Of a stretch of 32,000 nucleotides of DNA, positions 15,886-23,658 are shown one piece after another. The position numbers and the translations under genes are program-made. The notes under the pieces are model-generated. The model was given only the letters and a program-made list of their open reading frames with translations. It searched no databases and was not told the DNA's origin. Source of the DNA: Microcystis aeruginosa NIES-843 (GTDB lineage: Bacteria > Cyanobacteriota > Cyanobacteriia > Cyanobacteriales > Microcystaceae); contig NC_010296.1 in the NCBI RefSeq assembly GCF_000010625.1, forward strand, positions 2,070,001 through 2,102,000, given 5' to 3'. Within the stretch, counting starts at the first letter, position 1, and each line of letters starts with the position of its first letter.

Positions 15886-16085
15886 TAGTTTGTGCCGCTT
15901 AAATAAAGAGGTTTTGATAACCAAATTAAAGCAGCTCTAAAGAGTTTTGAGTTAAAAGTTAAACTTCAAGTTTTCATTCAGGACGAATGTACTGATTAAC
16001 TAATTTTTTGGGGAAAATTAGTTAACCCATCATTATAACATATAATTAATTTGCAAGAGTTCTTTTATTGTTTACTGAAAAAGCT

Positions 16086-16134
16086 CCCCACACCCCACAC
16101 CCTACACCCTACACCCCACACCCCACACCCCACA
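16086..16134. repeat. (CCCCACA/CCCTACA)7 tandem heptamer array
   Basis: ccccaca x2, ccctaca x2, ccccaca x3, counted directly. The array begins 22 bp after the IS right terminus. Confidence 0.95.
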
Positions 16135-16259
16135 TCCCTCTCCCTGCTCCCTAACCCGCAACCCCTATTTTCCGTCTAAACTTTTGTATAGGGATAGTCT
16201 GGGAAAGTATCGATAACTCTTAGACTAAGTAATTCGGGACTCACATCACAATATAGACT

Positions 16260-16847
16260 ATGGCTTACTATTGGTTTAAAGCATTTCACCTGATTGGGGT
16301 AGTTGTTTGGTTTGCGGGACTATTTTATTTGGTACGTTTGTTTGTCTATCACGCGGAGGCAGCAACAGAAACGGAACCCGCACAAGCTATTCTGAAAGCA
16401 CAATACGAGATCATGGAGAAGCGACTCTACAATATCATTACCACACCGGGGATGATTGTCACCGTAGCCATGGCGATCGGTTTAATCTCCACAGAACCGG
16501 AAATTTTAAAATCGGGATGGTTACATATTAAATTATCCTTTGTGGCTCTTTTACTGCTCTATCATTTCTACTGTGGTCGCATCATGAAAAAGCTAGAAAA
16601 AGGGGAATGTAATTGGACGGGACAGCAATTTCGGGCCTTAAATGAAGCACCAACCCTGTTATTGGTAGTTATTGTCCTTTTGGCAGTATTTAAGAATCAA
16701 TTACCCCTCGATTTGACCACTTGGTTAATTGTAGCTTTAGTGGTATTAATGGCGGTGACAATCCAACTTTATGCTAAAAAACGTCGCAAAGATCAAGAAA
16801 AACTTCGGCAAAATACTCCCCAAAAAGAAGAAGTAGCGATCAGGTAA
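16260..16847 (+). CDS. hemJ: Protoporphyrinogen IX oxidase HemJ family membrane protein
   Basis: 195 aa. MAYYWFKAFHLIGVVVWFAGLFYLVRLFVYHAEA is typical of the HemJ/UPF0093 N-terminus with conserved His. Multiple TM segments. Confidence 0.85.
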   Translation: MAYYWFKAFHLIGVVVWFAGLFYLVRLFVYHAEAATETEPAQAILKAQYEIMEKRLYNIITTPGMIVTVAMAIGLISTEPEILKSGWLHIKLSFVALLLLYHFYCGRIMKKLEKGECNWTGQQFRALNEAPTLLLVVIVLLAVFKNQLPLDLTTWLIVALVVLMAVTIQLYAKKRRKDQEKLRQNTPQKEEVAIR

Positions 16848-16906
16848 ATTATCTCAATCATTCCCTAGGTTTCTAGGATAACAGTTAAGAGTGGTTTGAC
16901 AGCTGT

Positions 16907-16930
16907 GGGATGGTCTTTTTAGTCCATCCC
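16907..16930 (+). terminator. Hairpin GGGATGG-tctttttagt-CCATCCC after hemJ
   Basis: Perfect 7-bp GC-rich stem, 60 nt after the hemJ stop. No U-tract follows. Confidence 0.3.
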
Positions 16931-17097
16931 AATTGTATAGGTAGCAACGTTTAGCTTTTAGCTTTTTGGCTTTTTGCTACTTTTGAGCTTATACAAAAAC
17001 TATTTTTAATAGTGTGATGAACTCCCAAGCTATGGATTGTTTCTCCCTGCTCCGGCGCTCCGCTGCTCCCCTATACCTTTTAAACAGGATTTAGTAT

Positions 17098-17228
17098 AAA
17101 CCTCTTGCGAACAGGAAACGCTATAAATAAAAACAATCTCCTGACGACCGACTCCTGACGACCGACTCCTGACTACTGGCTACTGACTCCTAACCCTAAC
17201 AACAATTGTTGATTTTTACAAGAGGTCC
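17098..17228. mobile_element. MITE-like element (~131 bp) with ACCTCTTG termini and an internal tandem array
   Basis: aaacctcttg at 17098-17107 and caagaggtcc at 17219-17228 form an inverted repeat. Internally there is (ctcctgacgaccga)x2 plus heptamers at 17138-17200. tat flanks both sides (17095-97 and 17229-31). The reverse complement aligns with 31634-31711, including an identical 19-nt end gacctcttgtaaaaatcaa. Confidence 0.6.
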
Positions 17229-17229
17229 T

Positions 17230-18693
17230 ATGAATAGTTGCTGGATAGATTGGGAAAAAATAACTAGAGATTTTCTCAGTTCCCGCAAACTCAAGCAAGT
17301 TGCTGAATTGCGAGGATTCTATCGAGTTAATCCCTCTGGTATTCCTAGAATTCCCCCCGATTTAGAATTGAGAGACTACCAAAATACAGCGATTATCAGT
17401 TGGTTTCGTAATCGGGGACGGGGAACTTTAAAAATGGCCACCGGCAGCGGTAAAACTATTACTGCTTTAGCTATTGCCATGGAACTTTACCAAGCGATAG
17501 AACTGCAAGTATTATTAGTAATTTGCCCCTATCGTCACCTAGTCAATCAATGGCAACGAGAAGCGGAAAAATTTAATCTTAAACCGATTTTAGCCTACGA
17601 AAGTGTCCATACATGGCAAAGTCAACTAGCCACAGAATTATATAATGTGCAAGCGGGTAATCAAAAATTTGTCACTATTTTAACTACTAACTCAACTTTT
17701 ATTAGCGAGGGGTTTCAATCACAAATAAAATTTTTTCCCGATAAAACTTTAATCGTTGGTGATGAAGCACATAATTTAGGTTCCCCCCGATTAGAAGAAT
17801 TATTACCCCGTTCTTTAGGTCTAAGATTGGCTTTATCCGCTACTCCTGAAAGATATTTTGATGAGGAAGGCACTGACGCTATTCTTGATTATTTTGGACA
17901 AATTCTACAACCAGAATTTACCTTAGCTGATGCTATTAGTAAAGGAGCTTTAGTCAATTATTTTTATTATCCAGTCTTGGTTGAATTAACCGACGGTGAG
18001 GCTTTATTATACGCAAAATTAACCCAAAGAATCGGCTGGACTTTGCAGAAAAATAGTAATTTCAATGGTAATGAAAACCTCACCGCTTTGTTAATGCAAA
18101 GGTCACGATTAGTCGGTTCAGCAAGTAATAAATTACAGGCTTTACAACAACTGATGCAAGAGCGTTTAGATACGGATCATACTTTATTTTATTGTGGGGA
18201 TGGTTATGTGGAAAATTATACTGCTAATTATCGTCGTCAAGTAGAGGCAGTTACTCATTTATTGGGCAATCAATTAGGTTATCGAGTTGCTACCTACACC
18301 GCAGAAACTTCCCTAGAAGAACGAGAAAAAATTCGCCAACAATTTGAGGAGGGTTATCTACAAGGATTAGTGGCAATTAGATGTTTAGATGAGGGAGTAG
18401 ATCTGCCATCAATTCAAAACGCAGTCATTCTGGCTAGTAGTGGTAATCCTCGACAATTTATTCAGCGTCGCGGGCGAATATTGCGACCCCATCCCGATAA
18501 AAAACAGGCCACTTTATTTGATATGATTGTTATGCCACCGACCTTAGATCGAGAAACTTGGGAAGTAGAAAGGAATTTATTACGCAAGGAATTAAAACGC
18601 TTTCTGGAGTTTGCCCAATTAGCTATTAATGCTCAAGAAGCTGAGACTAAATTAGGGGAGATTCAAGATAGATATTGTCTTTTGTCTAATTAA
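17230..18693 (+). CDS. Superfamily-2 DEAH-box helicase (type III restriction Res-subunit-like / XPB-like core)
   Basis: ORF 17206..18693; ATG 17230 preferred. Motifs: LRDYQ (Q), ATGSGKT (I), VGDEAHNLG (II), LSATP (III), QRRGRILR (VI). No nuclease or methylase domain is recognisable. Confidence 0.8.
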   Translation: MNSCWIDWEKITRDFLSSRKLKQVAELRGFYRVNPSGIPRIPPDLELRDYQNTAIISWFRNRGRGTLKMATGSGKTITALAIAMELYQAIELQVLLVICPYRHLVNQWQREAEKFNLKPILAYESVHTWQSQLATELYNVQAGNQKFVTILTTNSTFISEGFQSQIKFFPDKTLIVGDEAHNLGSPRLEELLPRSLGLRLALSATPERYFDEEGTDAILDYFGQILQPEFTLADAISKGALVNYFYYPVLVELTDGEALLYAKLTQRIGWTLQKNSNFNGNENLTALLMQRSRLVGSASNKLQALQQLMQERLDTDHTLFYCGDGYVENYTANYRRQVEAVTHLLGNQLGYRVATYTAETSLEEREKIRQQFEEGYLQGLVAIRCLDEGVDLPSIQNAVILASSGNPRQFIQRRGRILRPHPDKKQATLFDMIVMPPTLDRETWEVERNLLRKELKRFLEFAQLAINAQEAETKLGEIQDRYCLLSN

Positions 18694-18848
18694 AACCTGA
18701 AAAATTAAATCTTGGCAGCTTTTATGCTAGAATAGAAGTTAGTCAAGAATTGATCTGAAAGTCAAGATTGATCGCCGAGAAAAATTAACCCAACCGAATA
18801 GCGATCAATAAAGTTGTATAATTTTCTTTCCTCTACTTCTAAACTTCT

Positions 18849-19502
18849 ATGTCTCCCCGTCAACAACCCCGCCGCATTGCTCGAGAACTTGCCCTTTTGA
18901 GTTTAAGTCAGATTAAAGGCAATCCTGAAAACCTAGAACAGCAAACTTTAAACGATTTAATTTTAGTCGCGGTTAGAACCTTAACCCTGGAAATTCAAGA
19001 AACCTTAGAAACCGCCGCTGCCGAAATTAGTCGTGGTAATGAACGGATTCTCGCTAGTGATACTAAGGCGACAAATCTAAAAAGCGCCCAAACCATGGTA
19101 AAAGAAGCGATTTCTCTTACTCACAATGCCATTAATCGTTTAGGAACCGTGATAGATTTTCCCGAAATTGTCCAGTTATCTAGTCAGTACGAAGTGCGGG
19201 AATATGCCCTAGAATTAATCGGTACAGTCTATCGTCGTCGTGCGGAAATCGAACAGGAATTAACCGGTGCTTTAGTGGATTGGCAACTACATCGTTTACC
19301 AAGAATTGATCGGGATATCCTCCAAATTGCCGTGGCAGAAATGCTCTATCTCGATCTACCTCAAAAAGTAGCGATTAATGAAGCAATCGAATTAGCAAAA
19401 CGTTATTCTGATGATGAAGGTTATCGCTTTATTAATGGCGTTCTCCGACGGGTAACGAATAAGCTAAACGAATCAGAAAAAGCCGTATCTACCCAGAGTT
19501 AA
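18849..19502 (+). CDS. nusB: Transcription antitermination factor NusB (long cyanobacterial form)
   Basis: 217 aa. [16 protein letters not shown]-terminus and C-terminal [15 protein letters not shown]...[28 protein letters not shown]. Confidence 0.85.
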   Translation: MSPRQQPRRIARELALLSLSQIKGNPENLEQQTLNDLILVAVRTLTLEIQETLETAAAEISRGNERILASDTKATNLKSAQTMVKEAISLTHNAINRLGTVIDFPEIVQLSSQYEVREYALELIGTVYRRRAEIEQELTGALVDWQLHRLPRIDRDILQIAVAEMLYLDLPQKVAINEAIELAKRYSDDEGYRFINGVLRRVTNKLNESEKAVSTQS

Positions 19503-19520
19503 CCCCGAAAGAAATTAATA

Positions 19521-19997
19521 CTACAATGACCACATTTTATAGGGATATTCCTGTAAATTGATATTGTAGTATCGCTCATCTCCCGTGACTTCTTCGCCGA
19601 TCCAATCAGGAATAGTAATGACTTGATCCTCTTGTTCTAACTCAATTTCAGCCATAATCAAACCTTGATTATCCCCTAAAAATTCATCAACTTCCCAAGT
19701 TAAATTATCCAGAGAAATGCGATGACGAATCTTTTCAATTAAAGGTTTCTTACAGAGGTTTTCTAACATGAGCGCCGCATCTTCTAGGGGAATTGCATAC
19801 TCGAATTCCAGCCGACTAATGCCCTCAGTCTTGCCTTTAATGGTTAAATAACCCCGATCTCCAACTACACGAACTCGCACGGTTGTCAATCCATCTTGGG
19901 TAGGAATATATCCCTGACGATACAACCCACTGGCAGCAGCCAGCGATCGCCAAGAATCCCCTTTAACCAGAAACTTCCGTTCAATTTCAACAGTCAT
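19521..19997 (-). CDS. CYTH-domain protein (triphosphate tunnel metalloenzyme)
   Basis: 158 aa. N-terminal EIERKFLV signature and alternating charged beta-strand pattern. Confidence 0.8.
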   Translation of the reverse strand: MTVEIERKFLVKGDSWRSLAAASGLYRQGYIPTQDGLTTVRVRVVGDRGYLTIKGKTEGISRLEFEYAIPLEDAALMLENLCKKPLIEKIRHRISLDNLTWEVDEFLGDNQGLIMAEIELEQEDQVITIPDWIGEEVTGDERYYNINLQEYPYKMWSL

Positions 19998-20018
19998 AAG
20001 CTTTTGATGGCAATAAAT

Positions 20019-20429
20019 TTAAGCCGTAGCCACGGCAGCAGCTTGGGTTCCTAGTTGAATTAACTCGATCTTGTAGCCATTAGGATCTTCCACAAAAGCA
20101 ATCACGGTAGAACCGTGTTTCATCGGGCCCGGTTCCCTGGTGACATTGCCACCAAGGGCTTTAATTTTCTCACAGGTGCTATAGATATCATCCACGCCTA
20201 GGGCGATATGACCGTAAGCATTACCGACTTCGTAGCGATCGACTCCCCAATTATAGGTCAGTTCGATGACAGCATGATTAGCTTCATCGCCATAACCGAC
20301 GAAAGCGAGGGTAAACTGACCATTGGGATAGTCTTTCTGGCGCAGTAACTTCATTCCTAGCACATCGCAGTAAAATTGTAGAGATTCCTGCAAGTTATTG
20401 ACCCGGAGCATGGTGTGTAAGAGACGCAT
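20019..20429 (-). CDS. gloA: Lactoylglutathione lyase (glyoxalase I)
   Basis: 136 aa. [49 protein letters not shown]... and HIALGVDD metal-ligand contexts. Confidence 0.9.
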   Translation of the reverse strand: MRLLHTMLRVNNLQESLQFYCDVLGMKLLRQKDYPNGQFTLAFVGYGDEANHAVIELTYNWGVDRYEVGNAYGHIALGVDDIYSTCEKIKALGGNVTREPGPMKHGSTVIAFVEDPNGYKIELIQLGTQAAAVATA

Positions 20430-20567
20430 GATTATTTTTAGATGACATCGATCGAAAAATTACTTATCCTTGATTGTAACCAGTCCTTGTGCCTTCTTAT
20501 CTCCTTGAGGGTCAACAATTATACCAATACAAATGTACGAAAACTCACCTGTAAAATCACATATACT

Positions 20568-21805
20568 TTAGACGTTCATAATCTGAGATTTATTAAACTT
20601 CTGAAATCGTAGAGTGAGCAAGGAATCCAGTTCTTTTTTATGTTTCAGGTGGGCATCATTCAGACATTCATAAATAGCTGAAGAAAAGTCAGAAAAGTTT
20701 TCATAGTATTTACCATACAAACATTTCTTTTTGACAAATTTCCACAGCCTTTCAATTAAATTTAGATTAGGCGAGTAAGACGGCAAATAGAGTAGCTCTA
20801 TTGACAAAGAAAGAGCCAATTCTTCAACAATTTTACATTTTTGATAGCGGGCATTATCTAAGACTAGAGTGATGGGAATAGTTATTCCTAAAGCAGCTAT
20901 TTTTTTAAGAAGTTCACAGACTTGAGCTGCTGTAATATAAGTGTCATATGTTACCATAATAACTTCATGAGTTATCGCATTTAATGCTCCTAAAACATTG
21001 AAGCGTTTACTCCCGCTCGGTGACTTAACGAAAAGTCTCTCAAAACACCAAACAAAACCGAGAAAAGCTCCCATAACAAAGTGAGCGGCATCAACAAAAA
21101 AAACAGCCATTTTTCCTTCTTTTGCCTCATTTAGTCTGGGTTCTAGCTTTTTTTTTGGTAGTCTTCTTGTTCATCCCGGTCAGCTTTAGAAGGAAGAGAA
21201 CCTACTTTTATACATTTCATTCCCATTGATTTTAAGAATTTCCTCACTTGAGTAGGACTTCGTTTTATTCCTGTCAATTCTTCTCTTCTATATACAGCTT
21301 CATTTATTGTGGCTGGTGGATTTTTATCGAAATATTTTTTGAGCGTTTCTTTTTGAGACTCTAATTCACTTTTAGGGCGATAGAAGTTGATTTCTTTTAA
21401 TTTTTCTATTCCGCCTTCTTGATAATCTCGAAGATAAGTTAATAAGGTATTTGGCGAGATTCCTGCTAACTGACAAATTTGGTTCTTCGGTTTGTCTTAT
21501 GCAACTGACAGGGTTACAAGGAATGAAACTCTTATATAGAAAGACATTCGGGGATTTATGTCAATTGTTTTCGATCTAGAGCGAACTAATCAATTAAGTC
21601 TCTTGCCAGATAAGGATTTAGTCGATTTATGCCCCCCTATTGAACCATACCAAGTAACGAAGAACCACAAATTTTTTGGTGCGGTATCTTTTGACTCTTT
21701 AACCAAAGAACTTCCATCTTCAGTTGAACCCGGGGATGGGGGATGATGAAATCTTTCATAATACAGTGAGTTCTTTTCTTCTTCGGTGAATTCTAGGTTA
21801 ATCAT
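20568..21805 (-). pseudogene. IS630-family transposase gene, disrupted by a MITE insertion plus an apparent 1-nt indel; orfA/orfB overlap at an A9 run
   Basis: The N-terminus is MINLEFTEEEKNSLYYERFHH. After a C5 run (G5 at 21738-21742 on +) the HTH-like sequence PHPRVQLKMEVLWLKSQKIPHQKIC continues in another frame. Removing the MITE and one TSD copy joins ...HQKIC to QLAGISPNTLLTYLRDYQEGGIEKLKE in frame. orfA stops just after the A9 run (T9 at 21148-21156 on +). The DDE part (FVDAAH, LDNARYQ, 35 aa later NLIERLW) is in the -1 frame. Confidence 0.85.
21481..21666. mobile_element. MITE copy 2 (186 bp; termini GGTTCTTCGG...CGAAGAACC; 8-bp TSD ACAAATTT), nested in the IS630 transposase gene
   Basis: acaaattt at 21473-21480 is repeated at 21667-21674. 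The element is paralogous to 10314-10500. Confidence 0.9.
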
Positions 21806-22200
21806 GTTTTCAATGAGTGCTTTGCTTCTAATTATGACTCTTAAACTATATTATTGTCTTTGAGGAAAAAATGCAAGTTATAGCCGTGCAAAGTATACTC
21901 CCCAAAGCGATTAATAGCTTTGATCAAAATCACCTCTCTGGCCACACCTAAATCACTATCTAGAGGATTTTCTCGGTTTATCCTGTGGTTAGTGGTGAAG
22001 TTAGTTAGGTCAAGACATTTTTGATCGGGAGTTTTCTGGGGAAATTGTCAAGGAAATAGGTAGTAGTAAATTTTCACTGGTTTCCGAAAACCCTTTTCGA
22101 CTTGATTGACCGATAGTTTAATAAAATCTGCGTGATTGTAATAAATGTTAAATATTTAGGCAAGTATATAATAAAATGGGAATCGGGACAGGTTAAAACT

Positions 22201-23364
22201 ATGCGTTTTTATTTAGAGTACATCAATCACTCAGGTCGTTTGCAGAAAAAATCTGCTCATCGTCGTCTGCAAGCGGGTTTCACGATTACAGAAGTCTTAC
22301 TGGCAGGTTTGATGATGCTGATTGCCGTCTTGGTGGCGGGAAATGGCTTGATTAACCTGCTCAGAAGTAACTATCGAGCTAATGCCGATAGTGAAATCCA
22401 GAATAATCTTAATCGTACTCTAGAGTTTGTTTCAGATGAAGTGAGACGAGCAAAAATTATCGCTGAGAACGAAAATGAGATCATACCGACTCAACAACTC
22501 AATTTGAAAGGAATACCAGGAGCGCGAGCAGTTCTAGCTTTCCAAATTCCTGATCCCAGCAATCCCAGTCATCCGCTCGATCGACAGATCGTTTACTATA
22601 CCAGAAACCCTGCTCCTGATGAAATTAGCTTGACCGGTCCGCGAGTCTTGTGGCGCTATGGTCCGCAATTGGACGCTAATGGCAACTATGATACTTTGAC
22701 TTGGCAACATTCCCCTGTCATCGATAGGTTAGCAGCGGCTGTTAATGACCCCATTTGTGATGATCCGACTTTTACCCGAATCCCCCAGACTGGCAATGTG
22801 GACGATTTTTATACCTGTGTTCCCAAAGGTCGTAATCAAGTGATTTTGCATGCCAAGGCTCAGGTAAGGATGACTACCAATGAGGAACTTGAATACTCTG
22901 TCAGTACCAGAGTTTTCCCGATACCTTGTCAAAAATTTTGCGACCTAGACTCCCCCACCTATTTTTATCTGACGGCTGATGCCGGGGCTGACCCTGACAA
23001 ACGACATATACCCATCGTTATCGTGCCTGCAACTGTTACAGCTGAAATTATTCAAGGAGGAACTTGTACATTCAGTCCTTCCTGCGGTGTTCTTACTGCA
23101 CCTAAAGGAGATTTGCCCGGGACACCGGAACCAAATGGCGAGTTTGGTAGACCTGTTGATGCAATTCCTGGAGATGGCATTGCGGTCCATGTGGATGGGT
23201 TGCATAATGTCTATGGAGCTCAAACCAGAGATGTAGATGTATATACCTCTGATAGCAGGGATTCACCCAGAAATCTTGATAATAACCAAGTTTTATTCGT
23301 GTTTACGACTAAAACGACTCCACCAAACTCCTATCAGATTTTAGTAACCATTGAACCCAAGTAG
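22201..23364 (+). CDS. Large type IV pilin-like (prepilin-type N-terminal cleavage/methylation domain) protein
   Basis: ORF 22132..23364; ATG 22201 preferred. A leader ending ...RRLQAG is followed by FTITEVLLAGLMMLIAVLVAG (G|FTxxE with Glu at +5 and a hydrophobic helix). The C-terminal domain of about 340 aa has several Cys pairs and no recognised homology. Confidence 0.65.
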   Translation: MRFYLEYINHSGRLQKKSAHRRLQAGFTITEVLLAGLMMLIAVLVAGNGLINLLRSNYRANADSEIQNNLNRTLEFVSDEVRRAKIIAENENEIIPTQQLNLKGIPGARAVLAFQIPDPSNPSHPLDRQIVYYTRNPAPDEISLTGPRVLWRYGPQLDANGNYDTLTWQHSPVIDRLAAAVNDPICDDPTFTRIPQTGNVDDFYTCVPKGRNQVILHAKAQVRMTTNEELEYSVSTRVFPIPCQKFCDLDSPTYFYLTADAGADPDKRHIPIVIVPATVTAEIIQGGTCTFSPSCGVLTAPKGDLPGTPEPNGEFGRPVDAIPGDGIAVHVDGLHNVYGAQTRDVDVYTSDSRDSPRNLDNNQVLFVFTTKTTPPNSYQILVTIEPK

Positions 23365-23480
23365 CTAAACTTATGGCAATAAGCTGAAACCTTGATGTTA
23401 TCCTGGTTAGTTGACCCTATTCCTTCTCGGAAATCATGGCCAAATCCCCTTAACTGGAATGAGGTTAAATAGGGCTTGCT

Positions 23481-23582
23481 GAAAAAGTTTTTCCTGGGGG
23501 TAGGGTGTGGGGTGTGGGGTGTAGGGTTTTACCCATTTTCAGGGGGTCAATTACCTAATTTTCAGGGAAAAAGTGCCTAAAT
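23481..23582. repeat. Dispersed repeat copy A: GAAAAAGTTTTTCCT, (GGGTGTG)n, TTTTACCCATTTTCAGGG...AAAAAGTGCCTAAAT
   Basis: Aligns end to end with 26112-26211. Copy A has 3 GGGTGTR units and a 23-nt internal insertion, ggtcaattacctaattttcaggg. Confidence 0.85.
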
Positions 23583-23617
23583 TTCCCCCCCGATCACTCC
23601 AATCACTGGCACTTTTT
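23568..23617. terminator. Possible bidirectional terminator-like hairpin between the convergent pilin-like gene and trpE
   Basis: aaaaagtgcc (23568-23577) pairs with ggcacttttt (23608-23617), giving a 10-bp stem with A/T tracts on both sides. The 30-nt loop is large for an intrinsic terminator. Confidence 0.25.
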
Positions 23618-23658
23618 GATGGGAAAAAAGTCTAAAGGATGATCCTAGGCTAAAAAAT

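Larger units (their letters stand above)
14846..16063 (+). mobile_element. IS5-family insertion sequence (1218 bp) with imperfect terminal inverted repeats of about 21 bp
   Basis: The left end agacctcttgcataattttt (from 14846) matches the reverse complement of the right end, agaactcttgcaaattaatt (to 16063); 10 of the first 11 nt match. There is a single transposase ORF. TTT is present on both flanks, which is too low in complexity to call a TSD. Confidence 0.8.

Noticed and set aside
21558-21746. 62-aa ORF on the plus strand (MSIVFDLERTNQLSLLPDKDL...)
   Set aside because: It starts inside the MITE and runs out across its right boundary into antisense IS630 sequence. The equivalent stretch of MITE copy 1 (10314-10500) does not maintain the frame. 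It is a chance ORF.
20430-21900. Attempt to define IS630 terminal inverted repeats and the TA duplication
   Set aside because: I could not find convincing inverted repeats between 20430-20567 and 21806-21900 by eye. Only the transposase pseudogene is reported, not element boundaries.
21871-21951. 26-codon ORF with a good SD (gaggaaaaaatg): MQVIAVQSILPKAINSFDQNHLSGHT
   Set aside because: It is too short and has no recognisable family or partner gene. It may be the remnant of a gene truncated by the adjacent IS630 insertion. It cannot be supported as a feature.
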